Of a DNA stretch of 64,000 nt, positions 47,678-57,466 are shown in pieces. Source of the stretch: a bacterium (lineage in GTDB: Bacteria; Hinthialibacterota; Hinthialibacteria; Hinthialibacterales; Hinthialibacteraceae); assembly GCA_041946805.1 (NCBI GenBank), contig JBHGBC010000002.1, forward strand, positions 64,001 to 128,000. The letters run 5' to 3'. A model generated the notes under the pieces. It worked only from the letters and a program-made list of their open reading frames with translations. It was not told the origin of the DNA and did not search any database. Position 1 is the stretch's first letter, and each line of letters opens with the position of its first letter. The position numbers and the translations under genes were made by a program.

Positions 47678-49879
47678 TCAGGGGAGCGGCATTTCCACGC
47701 CGTTAGCCACCCGGCGTACACGGAATGCGGTATCCTTCCGAAAGGATGGAAGTGGAATATTCAAGCCTGTGCTGGTTGCCGCGAGCACCGTGGCGGAACC
47801 GGCCGTCCCCATGTAGGGATCAAACGGTTCCACGCGGAATTCACCCTCGCGGAGGGCCGGAAGGGTCAGCACCGTGGGTTCGGTGGGGCCGTACTCCGCG
47901 TACCGGGCAAGCATCGCGAATTGATGCGGCCGGTCATGCACCCACACCAGCACCCGGTCGGTGTTGCCGCGCGCGTAGGCCACGGCCCGCTCCACGAAAT
48001 CTTCCAGCGTGTACGACTGGACCCGGAACCAATCCCGCCCTGGATTGAGCACCGCGATCGTGTGACTGCCCGCGGGGACGGGAACGGCGATCCGCCCTTC
48101 CTCGCCTGACATTGTAGAATCATTTTCCTGCGGCGCGAATGTCCGCCGGAAGACCTCGGCGCCGTCCAGTTCGAGGGCGCAGACCGCCCCGGCCGCCGCC
48201 GCCCGGTCGATTTGCAGAACAAACCGGGATGGCTGCTCCAGAACAAAGCGGAACAAGGGATTGGGCGCCATGTCGCGGTGGGCCGCGCCATGGACGAAAT
48301 GGGTGCATTGCTCCAGGCCTTCCACGTTGCCATCGGATTGGATTATGAAGTAGCGGCGTTGCGAAGTCCCCCAGTCCACCAGGGGAATAAAGGTCAGATC
48401 GCTGCGGTTGGCCGGGAGGGGTTCGATCCGCGTTTCCATGGGCAGGAGATTTTCCTTGTCCCAATGAATCCCCTCCACATAATTGGCCACGGCCCGGAAA
48501 TGAGGATACAAATTGTAAGGCCGGACCCAATTGTCCCACCACCAGGTCATGGCGGTTCCCGCGTCATACGAATGGACCGAGGCCCAAAGTTGGTTGTGAA
48601 GAATCACGCCTTCCTGGTCGCCGGTGTTGGGGCCGCGCCAATCGTAGGACATTTCCCCAAAAAAGTGGGGGAGGCGGGGATAAGCCTCGCGCCGCTGGCG
48701 GGAAGTGGTCAACTGGGTACCGATGATATTTTGCACATACGCATGGGACTGCAGGTAATCCAGACCCTGGACGTCGTAAAGTTCCGGCCGGTTGCTGGAG
48801 GTGCTAGTCGTCCTCAGGTGGTCGTAGGGATCGAGGCGGTGGAGATACTCCGCCATTTCCTCGTGCCATTGTTTCACGGTGGCGGCGTTGTAGCGGTGGG
48901 TGAGGTCCACTTCGTTCCAAAATTCCCACGCCAGCAAGTGCGTGTTGTATCCCCAGCGGGCCACCAGGTACCGCAACCGGTCGCGGTAGTGGCGCTTGGC
49001 TTCTTCGTTGGTGAAGAATTGCTCGGGCGATTCCAGAAATCCGCCGTTCTTGACGTTGTACGGATTCTCGTCCCACACCGGATTGGTGTCGATGGAATAC
49101 TGGCCGTGGTGATTGATGACCCACTGAATAAAAATGCCCCGTTTTTGGGCTTCTTGAAAGATGCCGTCATTCACGCGGGCGTTTTCGAGGTCATATTGCT
49201 GGTAACCGTGGTAGCGCCCGTTCTGCGGGGTCCAGACCAATTCGGTCATGCCCCAGGAGCACATCCAGATCCGGATCCAGTTCACGCCGGACAGCTGGCA
49301 TTCATCCAGGTATCCGGTCCAGGTTTTCAGGTTGGACGAACCGCCCCAGCGTACCCAGCCCAGATTCTCGCCCACGGGAAAATAGGAATCCCCGTTGTCG
49401 AACACAAAATGCCGGGACGTGTTTTTCCCCACCCGGACAAAGCCCGGTTCCGCGCCCGGTTCCATCTGAAACCGGCCCGCCGCCGCTTCGGTTTGGACGG
49501 CCGGGGTTTTGGCTATCACCCGATAAGAATACTCGCCGGGCCGGGAGGGGGTGAAGCGCAATTTCCAGCCCGCCGCGCCATCGAAAAAGCAAGGAACCGT
49601 GAGGATGGAGCCATCCGGCGTCCGTATTTCGGCATCCACCTGGATGCTGGAGGAATCAAAGGGATTGTCGTACTCCAGAGTGACCGCGAAGGAGGTTTCG
49701 AACAAACCATACGCGGGAATCCTTACCGGGGAAGGCGCGGTTGTTTCGGAAAAAGCGGAATCGGCCGTTCCCAGCCAGACGGCCAGCAGGAGGACGGGAA
49801 TCCCCACGGGGATCATCCACAACCGGCTGGGAGTTATCGAAATCCGATCGCTCCACCGGAATCGCCTGATCGAGTTCAT
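47678..49879 (-). CDS. DUF5060 domain plus GH5-like TIM-barrel glycoside hydrolase
   Basis: YDNPFD..WKLRFTP, YFPVGENL, RYLVARWGY, WEFWNEVD and FFGEM. Confidence 0.8.
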   Translation of the reverse strand: MNSIRRFRWSDRISITPSRLWMIPVGIPVLLLAVWLGTADSAFSETTAPSPVRIPAYGLFETSFAVTLEYDNPFDSSSIQVDAEIRTPDGSILTVPCFFDGAAGWKLRFTPSRPGEYSYRVIAKTPAVQTEAAAGRFQMEPGAEPGFVRVGKNTSRHFVFDNGDSYFPVGENLGWVRWGGSSNLKTWTGYLDECQLSGVNWIRIWMCSWGMTELVWTPQNGRYHGYQQYDLENARVNDGIFQEAQKRGIFIQWVINHHGQYSIDTNPVWDENPYNVKNGGFLESPEQFFTNEEAKRHYRDRLRYLVARWGYNTHLLAWEFWNEVDLTHRYNAATVKQWHEEMAEYLHRLDPYDHLRTTSTSSNRPELYDVQGLDYLQSHAYVQNIIGTQLTTSRQRREAYPRLPHFFGEMSYDWRGPNTGDQEGVILHNQLWASVHSYDAGTAMTWWWDNWVRPYNLYPHFRAVANYVEGIHWDKENLLPMETRIEPLPANRSDLTFIPLVDWGTSQRRYFIIQSDGNVEGLEQCTHFVHGAAHRDMAPNPLFRFVLEQPSRFVLQIDRAAAAGAVCALELDGAEVFRRTFAPQENDSTMSGEEGRIAVPVPAGSHTIAVLNPGRDWFRVQSYTLEDFVERAVAYARGNTDRVLVWVHDRPHQFAMLARYAEYGPTEPTVLTLPALREGEFRVEPFDPYMGTAGSATVLAATSTGLNIPLPSFRKDTAFRVRRVANGVEMPLP

Positions 49880-50100
49880 TTCCTTCTCCATGGATAGAGG
49901 CACAAGAAATTAAATATACCATCGAGCCGGAGAAGCGGCTAGGAGCGGAGGAGGGGGGCATCCCCAAAGTCGTTGTTGGAAGCGGAGGGTTGTTTGAATC
50001 AAATCGGAAAGGGAACACGAGAAGGGAGGTTTTCCCTCACCCCGGCCCTCTCGGGGGGGAGAGGGAGGTGAAAAGCAAGGGGCTCGGCGGGGGGCGAGGA

Positions 50101-50967
50101 TCAGCGGGAGCGGATGTTTTTTTTCCATTCCTGGGCTTCGGCGAGAAACTGGAGAATGGCCGCTTCGTCCCCGTGGTCCAGCCAGGAGAGGAAATCGGCG
50201 ATCCACCGCTGCAAAACCAGAAGCGAATCGCGCAGGGATTCGCGGTTTTCCATGCAGATATCCAGCCACAGGCCGGGATCGCCCCCGGCGACACGGGTAG
50301 TGTCGCGGAAGCCTCTGCCCAGCAGGGCTTCGATGGATTTCCCCTTTCCCATCGCGGCGTGACACAGGGCGGCGGCGGCGATATGGGGCAGATGGCTGGA
50401 AAAGGCCAGGAAGTGGTCGTGTTCCCCGGGATCCATGTGGATGACTTTCATGCCAAGAAACCGCCATAAACCGGTAATGGCTTCTAGGGCCGGCGGATGC
50501 GAGCGGCCGGTCGCGGTGACGACGCAAACCTTGTTGTGAAAGAGATTGGCTTTGGCGGCCTGGACGCCGGTTTGGTGCGATCCCGCGATGGGATGCGAGC
50601 CGATGAACCAGACGGCGTCTTCAGCGAGTTCCTCGCATTGGCGGACCAGGCCGGCCTTGGTGCTGCCGACGTCGGTGACCAGGGCCTGGGGCGCCAGGGA
50701 AGGCAACGCGGTCCGCAGCGCGGCGGGGACAAGCCGGACCGGCGTGCAGATCACCAGGGCGTCGAGGGGTGGATCGATGACCGCGGAACCCAGCGCGTAC
50801 TGATCGATGGCCCCCCGGCGGAGCGCCGCGGCCAGCCGTTCCTCGGACCGTCCGATGCCGGTGATCTGGATGTCCGGCGCGCGGGATTTGAGCGCCAAGC
50901 CCAGCGAACCTCCCAAGAGGCCCACTCCCACGATGCCCAGGCGTTGAAAGGGAAGTTGTGAATTCAC
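50101..50967 (-). CDS. tyrA: Prephenate dehydrogenase
   Basis: GVGLLGGS, TDVGSTK, SHPIAGS, SHLPH and GFRDTTR. Confidence 0.95.
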   Translation of the reverse strand: MNSQLPFQRLGIVGVGLLGGSLGLALKSRAPDIQITGIGRSEERLAAALRRGAIDQYALGSAVIDPPLDALVICTPVRLVPAALRTALPSLAPQALVTDVGSTKAGLVRQCEELAEDAVWFIGSHPIAGSHQTGVQAAKANLFHNKVCVVTATGRSHPPALEAITGLWRFLGMKVIHMDPGEHDHFLAFSSHLPHIAAAALCHAAMGKGKSIEALLGRGFRDTTRVAGGDPGLWLDICMENRESLRDSLLVLQRWIADFLSWLDHGDEAAILQFLAEAQEWKKNIRSR

Positions 50968-50981
50968 GCTTCGCCTTTCCC

Positions 50982-52130
50982 TCAGGCCGGTTTGAGTTCC
51001 GAGGCGGTGACCCGCGATTGCGGATAGGAGCCCAGGATTTTCACATAGAGGCTGCTGGATTTGATTTCCTCCACGGCCCGCTTGAGGTTGTCATCCTCGA
51101 AATGGCCCTGGCATTCGAGAAAGAACATGTATTGCCAGGCTTCCTGCTTGGTGGGGCGGGACTGGATGTTGGTCAGGTTGATCCCGCGGTTCTTGAAGGG
51201 TTCGAGCATGGAGAACAGCGCGCCCACCTGGTCGCGCAGGAAGATCACCATGGACGTTTTGTCGTCGCCGCTGGGGGGCACCTGGTTCACGCCGAGGACG
51301 AAAAACCGGGTGGTGTTGCCGGCGAAATCCTCGATGCCGCGCACCTGGATGGGGACATCCAGCATTTCGGCGGCCAGATCGCTGCCCACGCCGGCCGCCC
51401 GGCGGTCTTGCAGGCAGCAGCGGATGCCCTCGGTGGTGCTGGACGAGTCGATGAGGCGGGCCTTGGGGAGATTCGATTCCAGCCAGTTCCGGCATTGGGC
51501 CAGGGCCTGGGGATGGGAATAGACCTTCTCGATTTCATGCAGCTCGGAAAAACTGACGAGATTGTGGCGGATGGGCAGGAAGACCTCGCCGGTGACACGG
51601 ACATTCGAATGGGCGAGGAAATCGATGGTCTGGGCGACGCTGCCCTCGATGGAGTTCTCGATGGCCACGATGCCGTAATGGACCCGGCGGCATTCCACCT
51701 CTTGAAAGACGGCGCGAAGGGTTTCCATGGGGATGAACCGGGCGGACCGGCCGAAATGCGATTGCGCGGCGGAATGATGAAACGTCCCCTCGGGACCCAG
51801 GTAGGCGATGCAGAGATTGGTTTCGAGGGCGCGGCAGGCGCTGATGATTTCCCGAAACACGGCCTCCACGGCTTCGTCGGGCAAGGGGCCGGAATTGAGC
51901 CCGCGGACGCGTTTCAAAATTTCCTTTTCCCGCGAGGGGATGTAATATTCGGCATCGAAACGGTTCTTGATCTTGCCCACGTCCTGGGCCAAACGCGCCC
52001 GTTCGTTGAAAAGCGCGAGCAGCCGGCTGTCGATGCCGTCGATCGCCTGGCGCAACGCGGCCAAATTGTCCGGGAGTTCCCCGGCGGGGGAATCGTGATC
52101 CTTCAATCGAGTCTCTTCCATGCGCGCCAC
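50982..52130 (-). CDS. pheA: Chorismate mutase/prephenate dehydratase
   Basis: LRQAIDGID, AYLGPEGTF, IENSIEG, SHPQALAQC, NTTRF and ACT domain IQSRP. Confidence 0.96.
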   Translation of the reverse strand: MARMEETRLKDHDSPAGELPDNLAALRQAIDGIDSRLLALFNERARLAQDVGKIKNRFDAEYYIPSREKEILKRVRGLNSGPLPDEAVEAVFREIISACRALETNLCIAYLGPEGTFHHSAAQSHFGRSARFIPMETLRAVFQEVECRRVHYGIVAIENSIEGSVAQTIDFLAHSNVRVTGEVFLPIRHNLVSFSELHEIEKVYSHPQALAQCRNWLESNLPKARLIDSSSTTEGIRCCLQDRRAAGVGSDLAAEMLDVPIQVRGIEDFAGNTTRFFVLGVNQVPPSGDDKTSMVIFLRDQVGALFSMLEPFKNRGINLTNIQSRPTKQEAWQYMFFLECQGHFEDDNLKRAVEEIKSSSLYVKILGSYPQSRVTASELKPA

Positions 52131-52256
52131 TCCACGCTACGCTCCGGGCGGGATTCATCGCCGGTCCCGCGGCGGCCGGCGGGCGGTCCGGTGATAATCG
52201 AACGTTGGCATCAGGGATTGGTGGATACGGGCCGGGGAGTGGGCGGCCAATCCGGA

Positions 52257-52712
52257 TTATTGAAGGAGGTAGCTCATGGAAGGGGAATCTTCTCCCGGCC
52301 AGGCGTCTCCTCCCAGGATTTGGTTCACCAGGTATTGAATCTCACCCACGTCCACTTCGGAGGTATCCAAGAAGAACGCCCGTTCGACGACATCTTCCCG
52401 TTGCTCGGGAGTCAGGACGCCTTCTTTCACGAGGGTTATTAAATAGCCCCGCGCCGCGATTGTCAATTTCATGCGTTCCAGGAACTGATAGATCTGGTTG
52501 GTGCGGAGCGGAAAGGAGATGGAAGGCCCGTCCTCGACGCGGGAGCGGATGCGATTGGCGACTTCAAAGGCGATATCGATTTCGTGATCCTTGAATCCAC
52601 GGCCTTCCAATTGCTCGGTCAACTCGCTGCGGAGCAGTCCCCAGTCGTCGTCATCGCTTTCCAGGGTTTTCGCCAGGATGTAGCTGACCATTTCAATCAA
52701 ACGTGAGAGCAT
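52257..52712 (-). CDS. smg: Smg / DUF494 family protein
   Basis: LEGRGF..HEIDIAF, ERMKLTIAARGYL and GVLTPEQREDVVER. Confidence 0.8.
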   Translation of the reverse strand: MLSRLIEMVSYILAKTLESDDDDWGLLRSELTEQLEGRGFKDHEIDIAFEVANRIRSRVEDGPSISFPLRTNQIYQFLERMKLTIAARGYLITLVKEGVLTPEQREDVVERAFFLDTSEVDVGEIQYLVNQILGGDAWPGEDSPSMSYLLQ

Positions 52713-52949
52713 AGTGTCTCCAGACCATTCTTGCACGGTGTTCCCGCGTTGAAAAATATGGAACGCGAGGCGGCTCGCTTTCCCCCGCCATTCCTCCTCC
52801 CCATCATCATATCACAAAATACATTCCCCTATTGAGGGAGAAGTATAGAATCAACTCCCGCGGATGGCTAGCGGAAAAACGGGTAAATTGGAGGAGGTCT
52901 GGCTCCGCCCAAAAGAAGGAGGAATCGGCCACCGGCCCGCGCCGGATGG

Positions 52950-52977
52950 TTGACAAATCGCGAACGCTAATTACTAT
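52950..52977 (+). promoter_or_regulatory. Putative sigma70 promoter of tRNA-Lys
   Basis: TTGACA-16 nt-TACTAT. Confidence 0.6.
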
Positions 52978-53024
52978 TATCACCTGTTTGCGCCACTACA
53001 CGCTCCTTGACGGGAAAAACACAC

Positions 53025-53097
53025 GGGCCATTAGCTCAACCGGTAGAGCATCCGACTCTTAATCGGCAGGTTGAAGGTTCGATTCCTTCATGGCCCA
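53025..53097 (+). tRNA. tRNA-Lys (anticodon CTT), CCA not encoded
   Basis: Acceptor stem gggccat/atggccc, D arm gctc/gagc, anticodon loop ct-CTT-aa and T arm gaagg-ttcgatt-ccttc. Confidence 0.97.
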
Positions 53098-53522
53098 TTT
53101 CCCCCTCTTCCTCCCTTCCTGGTCTTCGCTTACCAACCGGCAGGTAATGCCGTTCCGATGCAGGCTGGATGCCGCGGGCCAACCCCGGAGGCGGGAAACG
53201 ATCTCCTTGCGGCTCATCCCGCCTGCGTATCACGAATGCTGAACATGGCATTCCCTCCCCTTTCTGATACGGATGAACACGAAGGTCCTGCCCGGCCAGA
53301 GTCCCTCACCCAAATCCACGTCCCGGGAGAGAGGGGATGATTTACTTTTGTCTCACCCACCCCAGAGCACATGCCATGAGATTTACTCATGCAGGACCGT
53401 TGGCGCTCAAAAAAACAACGCGGTATACGTAAATCAGTTCCGGAAGCCGATCCGGGAGAGGTGCTCAGGCCACACGGCATGAGAAAGGCCGGCAGGATGC
53501 TTGGACCACTATTATTGGAGTG

Positions 53523-53561
53523 GAGGAGTATCGCATGAGGAGTATCGCATGAGGAGTATCG
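53523..53561. repeat. 14-bp tandem repeat GAGGAGTATCGCAT, about 2.8 copies
   Basis: gaggagtatcgcat gaggagtatcgcat gaggagtatcg. Confidence 0.8.
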
Positions 53562-53600
53562 GAGGATTCCACGTTGCGCGCCAATCCACCCTCCCGCGCT

Positions 53601-54410
53601 TTATCCGGGATTTTGGGCCACTCCCTTGAAGAAAGTATAGCAGAACACGCCGTCCGGAGGCGTGGCGGTCCGCCACAGGGCCTGGATGCCCCGCTCCCAA
53701 CGTGCAGGATCCGACAGCCCCATGGCCAGCGCCCGTTCGCGCACGCCTTCCACCATCGCGATGATGGTTTTGACCGTGAAGTATTCCACCCACCGCGGGC
53801 GGCTCGCGTCGGCGTAGATGAAGCGCGGCGAGACCTGGGGTGTCTCGAAGCCTGCTTCACACAGCAAGGGATACAGCCGCCGGCCGATGAGCGAATCACC
53901 CCCCAGCCGCGCCTGCGCCTCGATCAGGCAGTTCCACACATGCCCGGCTTCCTGGCTGCGCGGGTGGAAGAAGCACGAGCCGTGATCGCCCTCGATCACC
54001 GTGATCGTCCCGCCGGGTTTCAAGACCGCTTTCAATTGCCTCAGCGCGCCCACGGGTTCCGCCAGGTGTTCGAGCACGAAACACACGAACACGTGATCGA
54101 ACACGCCATGGCCAAAGGGCAGATGAAAGAGATCGGCCTGGAGTAAATCGGGGAGCGGTCCCTTCATGTCCCGCAATGTGGCCCGGGCCAGCCGCAATGA
54201 ATCCAGCGAGAGGTCCAACGTGGTCAGCGAGATCTCCGGGCTGCCCGCCAGCAGATGGACGGTTTGCGCGCCCACGCCGCAGCCCGCTTCCAGCACGCGT
54301 TCCCGGGGGGCGTAGCGGGTGTCATGATGCAGCAGATCGCTCAGGATGAACGACTGGTCGCGCAGCCGCCGCGTTTCCGGGCCGGAATAGCCGTGGACAT
54401 AGGTGCTCAT
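53601..54410 (-). CDS. Class I SAM-dependent methyltransferase
   Basis: YVHGYS..RLRDQ, VLEAGCGVG, FVLEHL, LKPGG and FCYTFFK. Confidence 0.88.
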   Translation of the reverse strand: MSTYVHGYSGPETRRLRDQSFILSDLLHHDTRYAPRERVLEAGCGVGAQTVHLLAGSPEISLTTLDLSLDSLRLARATLRDMKGPLPDLLQADLFHLPFGHGVFDHVFVCFVLEHLAEPVGALRQLKAVLKPGGTITVIEGDHGSCFFHPRSQEAGHVWNCLIEAQARLGGDSLIGRRLYPLLCEAGFETPQVSPRFIYADASRPRWVEYFTVKTIIAMVEGVRERALAMGLSDPARWERGIQALWRTATPPDGVFCYTFFKGVAQNPG

Positions 54411-54678
54411 GAACGGGGCGTCCTTCGTTCGGTTGAATTCGTCCATGGGATCCATGAAAACCAATCGGTGATTTCATCCCCGATCGCACGGATGATACGC
54501 ATCCTGCCCTTTCAGGATTACCCTCACCCTAGCCCTCTCCCAGAGGGAGAGGGAATTCATGGCTCGGACCGGCATTTGTCCCAGGGCTAAAAGCCCTGGG
54601 CTAGTTTAAACACACCGCCGGCGTTTGAAAACCAGACCGCATTCCTGGAAATCATTTGTTAACATGTCGAAATAGACC

Positions 54679-55980
54679 CTAATTTTTCTTGGGTTTGGAA
54701 GGGGGCTTGGCCGGTTTTTTCTCGGGCTTTTTCTCCGGAGCGGATTTCGCCGCGGGTTCCGCGGGTTTCTCAATGGGGGCGGGCACCGGGGAATATTGCA
54801 GCAGACGGGGGCGGAAATCCTCGCCGGTCACGGACTGAATCGCGTCCAGGATGACGTTGAGATCCCGGATCACGATTTTACCCGAGATTTTCCCGTCCGG
54901 CTGCGCCGCGGCTTTCAGTTCCTCCTCGGAAGGCGCGTGTTTGCGGACCTCGGCGAACAGTTTGGGGATGATATCGGGATTGTGGCGTTTGACCAGTTCC
55001 ATGATTTCATACGTGGCGAAGGCATAGCGCACCCGTTGCAGCACGCCCGCCGCCATACTGCTGGAGGTTTGATCCGTCGCGCTCTTGGGCTCTTCTCCGA
55101 TCCATTGGACCAGGCGGACCAGGTGTTTCTTGCCTTCGAAGGGCTGAGTGCTTTGCGTCTCCAAGTAGATTTGAGCGGCGTTCTCGGACACGTAATTTTT
55201 GAGCGACATCCAGGTCAGGTACCCGCCCAGACCCGCGCTGAACCAGCGGATCAGGCAGAGGGAGGGATAGAGGTTCTCGCGGATCACCATCTCCAACTGG
55301 GTTTGCAGGCAGGTGGCGGCCATGATCGGAGGCATTTGGGGGATGTTATTCAACGCCTCGGTCAGAAAGGTTTTGGCCGCCTCGAGATCATCCTCCGGTT
55401 TGTCGTTTTTCAGGATCACGGGCAGCAGGGGCGCGTCGACGGCGCTCTTTTTCGTTTCGCCCTTTTCGCTGAAGGTGATGCTTTTTTCCATGATCAGCTG
55501 GTTGTCCCCCGAGGAGCCCGGGATATACCGGTAACCCGGAATGCTGCCGCCGCCGTCCAGAAAGGCCTTCAAATCGTCCCGCCGCCAGATCTGGAGATGC
55601 CGCAGGTCGGGCGCGGGATTCCCTACCTCCAGGTATTTGGCCATGACCTTGGGCATGTCGTTCTTCATGAAATCCGAAGGCTGGGCGAGAGCCAGCTGCT
55701 GCGTCAGAAAGGCAACGATCTTCTCCTGGTTTTTGATCAACTGCTGGATATCGGTGTTGAGGTTCTCGGGATATTTTTTGAGTTGGCCGGTGTACCAGGG
55801 ATGCAATTGTTTCACCATCGGCATCAGATCCGGCACACACTCGATTTTCACGCCGTTCTGGTCCAAAGCCGCCAGGGAAGGGATCTCCTTGGCTTGTCCG
55901 GGAAGGGAAAACAGGATCAGCGCCAACCATCCTGCCCACGCGGAAAAAACCAATCGAAACGGTTGCTGAAAGTCTGACAT
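54679..55980 (-). CDS. Secreted hypothetical protein, possibly a degenerate peptidase MA-like fold, with Lys/Pro tail
   Basis: Signal-like N terminus. RWFSAGLGGY resembles the PxWFxEGxAxY motif, but there is no HExxH. Confidence 0.65.
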   Translation of the reverse strand: MSDFQQPFRLVFSAWAGWLALILFSLPGQAKEIPSLAALDQNGVKIECVPDLMPMVKQLHPWYTGQLKKYPENLNTDIQQLIKNQEKIVAFLTQQLALAQPSDFMKNDMPKVMAKYLEVGNPAPDLRHLQIWRRDDLKAFLDGGGSIPGYRYIPGSSGDNQLIMEKSITFSEKGETKKSAVDAPLLPVILKNDKPEDDLEAAKTFLTEALNNIPQMPPIMAATCLQTQLEMVIRENLYPSLCLIRWFSAGLGGYLTWMSLKNYVSENAAQIYLETQSTQPFEGKKHLVRLVQWIGEEPKSATDQTSSSMAAGVLQRVRYAFATYEIMELVKRHNPDIIPKLFAEVRKHAPSEEELKAAAQPDGKISGKIVIRDLNVILDAIQSVTGEDFRPRLLQYSPVPAPIEKPAEPAAKSAPEKKPEKKPAKPPSKPKKN

Positions 55981-56137
55981 GACGGGTACTCCTTGGTTCG
56001 TTGGGCGGCCTCGATCGAAGGCTGGATTCATCCGGAATGGAGAGCTTGGGAGATTCACGTTTCTCCACTACGCTCTACGGTATCGCCGAAGAACGCGAAC
56101 CGGCAGCCTGAACCGTGTACCGTTGGAGAGCCATGCG

Positions 56138-56818
56138 GTGAAACCCTACGAAGCCTTCGCCCAGAAACCCTTTCCCCGGCGGCGGTCCCGGCTCGAACAG
56201 TGGGCTGACCGCAGCGGCCTGACCCGCCTCTTTTTGCGCGAGGGCCGGCGGCCGCAGGTCCGCGCCGCCGGCGACACGATCGTTTCGCCCGCCGAATGCC
56301 GTCTGAGGGAGATCCAAACCCTGCGCGGGGGCGGCGAGATCCTGGGCAAACAAGGTATCGCCCGGGCCGAGCACTACACCTTCGAGCAAATCGTCCATGG
56401 GTTGGAAATGCGCGAGGCCTTCGTGGACGGCTTGTGCTTCAACCTGTATCTCTCGCCCCTAAGCCTGCACTATCTGCTCTATCCGGTCAACCTGCGCGTG
56501 CTTATGATCCGCCACCATCCCGCTTTTTGCCGCCCGATCTGCTTCATGAAATCGGGCGAAATCCACAATGAACGGCTGGTGATTTACGCCGAAAGCGCCC
56601 AAGCCATTCCATTGGTGATCGTGCTGGTGGGATCCTTTCTGGTCAGCGGAATCGAATGCCTCGCCGAGGAGGGCGGCGAATACAGGGCGGGCGAGCTGAT
56701 GGGCGGTTTCAAACTCGGTTCCACGGTGCTGCTGCTCTTCCCGCGGGACCGGGTGAAACCCCTGGCCCAGCCGCGCGGCCGCCTGTTTCTGGGCGAACCG
56801 CTGGCGCGCCTGGCGTAA
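56138..56818 (+). CDS. psd: Phosphatidylserine decarboxylase family proenzyme
   Basis: IVSPAE, YLSPLSLH, NERLV and GGFKLGSTV autocleavage motif. Start uncertain. Confidence 0.8.
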   Translation: MKPYEAFAQKPFPRRRSRLEQWADRSGLTRLFLREGRRPQVRAAGDTIVSPAECRLREIQTLRGGGEILGKQGIARAEHYTFEQIVHGLEMREAFVDGLCFNLYLSPLSLHYLLYPVNLRVLMIRHHPAFCRPICFMKSGEIHNERLVIYAESAQAIPLVIVLVGSFLVSGIECLAEEGGEYRAGELMGGFKLGSTVLLLFPRDRVKPLAQPRGRLFLGEPLARLA

Positions 56819-56821
56819 GGC

Positions 56822-57433
56822 CTACCGGTACAATCCTTTTTCCTCGATATAAAGACGCACCGGTTCCGGCACCCGGTAGAGGATGGATTTCCCCGTTTGG
56901 ACTCGTTCGCGGATCATGGAGGAGGAGATGTCGATCCGCGGCATGTCCACATAGAGGATGCGTTCACCCTGTGGATCGTACCGCAGGTGGGTTTCGTGCC
57001 GGAAATCCGGCCGCGAGAAGAGGGCGATGGTGAATTCGCGCGTCAGGAGATCACCGTCTTTCCAGGTGGGGATCTTGTCTTTCCAGTCGCCTCCGGCCAG
57101 GAAGAAGATTTCCGTGCCCGGCGGGTAATGGTCCCGGAAGTGGCGCAGCGTGTCGATCGTGTAGCAGAACTGTTTTTGCCGGACTTCGTAATCGCAGGTT
57201 TCGAAGAGGGGATTGGAAGCCACCGCCAAGCGCGCCATGGCCAGGCGGTCCGGGCCGGAGGCGACGTTCCGGTCTTCCTCCTTGTAATGAGCGTGGCCGC
57301 CCGAGGGAAGGAAAACGATCCGGGAGAGATTCAATTCCTCGAGGGCGGTTTGGGCCAACAGCAAGTGCCCGATGTGGATGGGATCAAAACGTCCCCCGAA
57401 AATGCCTATGCGTTCCCTATTTGGTTGGTTCAC
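56822..57433 (-). CDS. nadD: Nicotinate-nucleotide adenylyltransferase
   Basis: GIFGGRFDPIHIGH, YTIDTL and ISSSMIR. Confidence 0.95.
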   Translation of the reverse strand: MNQPNRERIGIFGGRFDPIHIGHLLLAQTALEELNLSRIVFLPSGGHAHYKEEDRNVASGPDRLAMARLAVASNPLFETCDYEVRQKQFCYTIDTLRHFRDHYPPGTEIFFLAGGDWKDKIPTWKDGDLLTREFTIALFSRPDFRHETHLRYDPQGERILYVDMPRIDISSSMIRERVQTGKSILYRVPEPVRLYIEEKGLYR

Positions 57434-57466
57434 CGGTTTCGAGAATCCCGCCTCCCTGGCTTAAAC

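Noticed and set aside
44697..47816. Very long antisense ORFs (1039 aa here; also 3510-5570, 12157-14037, 31500-33794, 38478-40094, 56897-59077)
   Set aside because: Shadow frames opposite well-supported genes, expected from GC-rich codon bias. No recognisable motifs.
53025..53600. Prophage or genomic island at tRNA-Lys
   Set aside because: No integrase, phage gene or att duplication seen.
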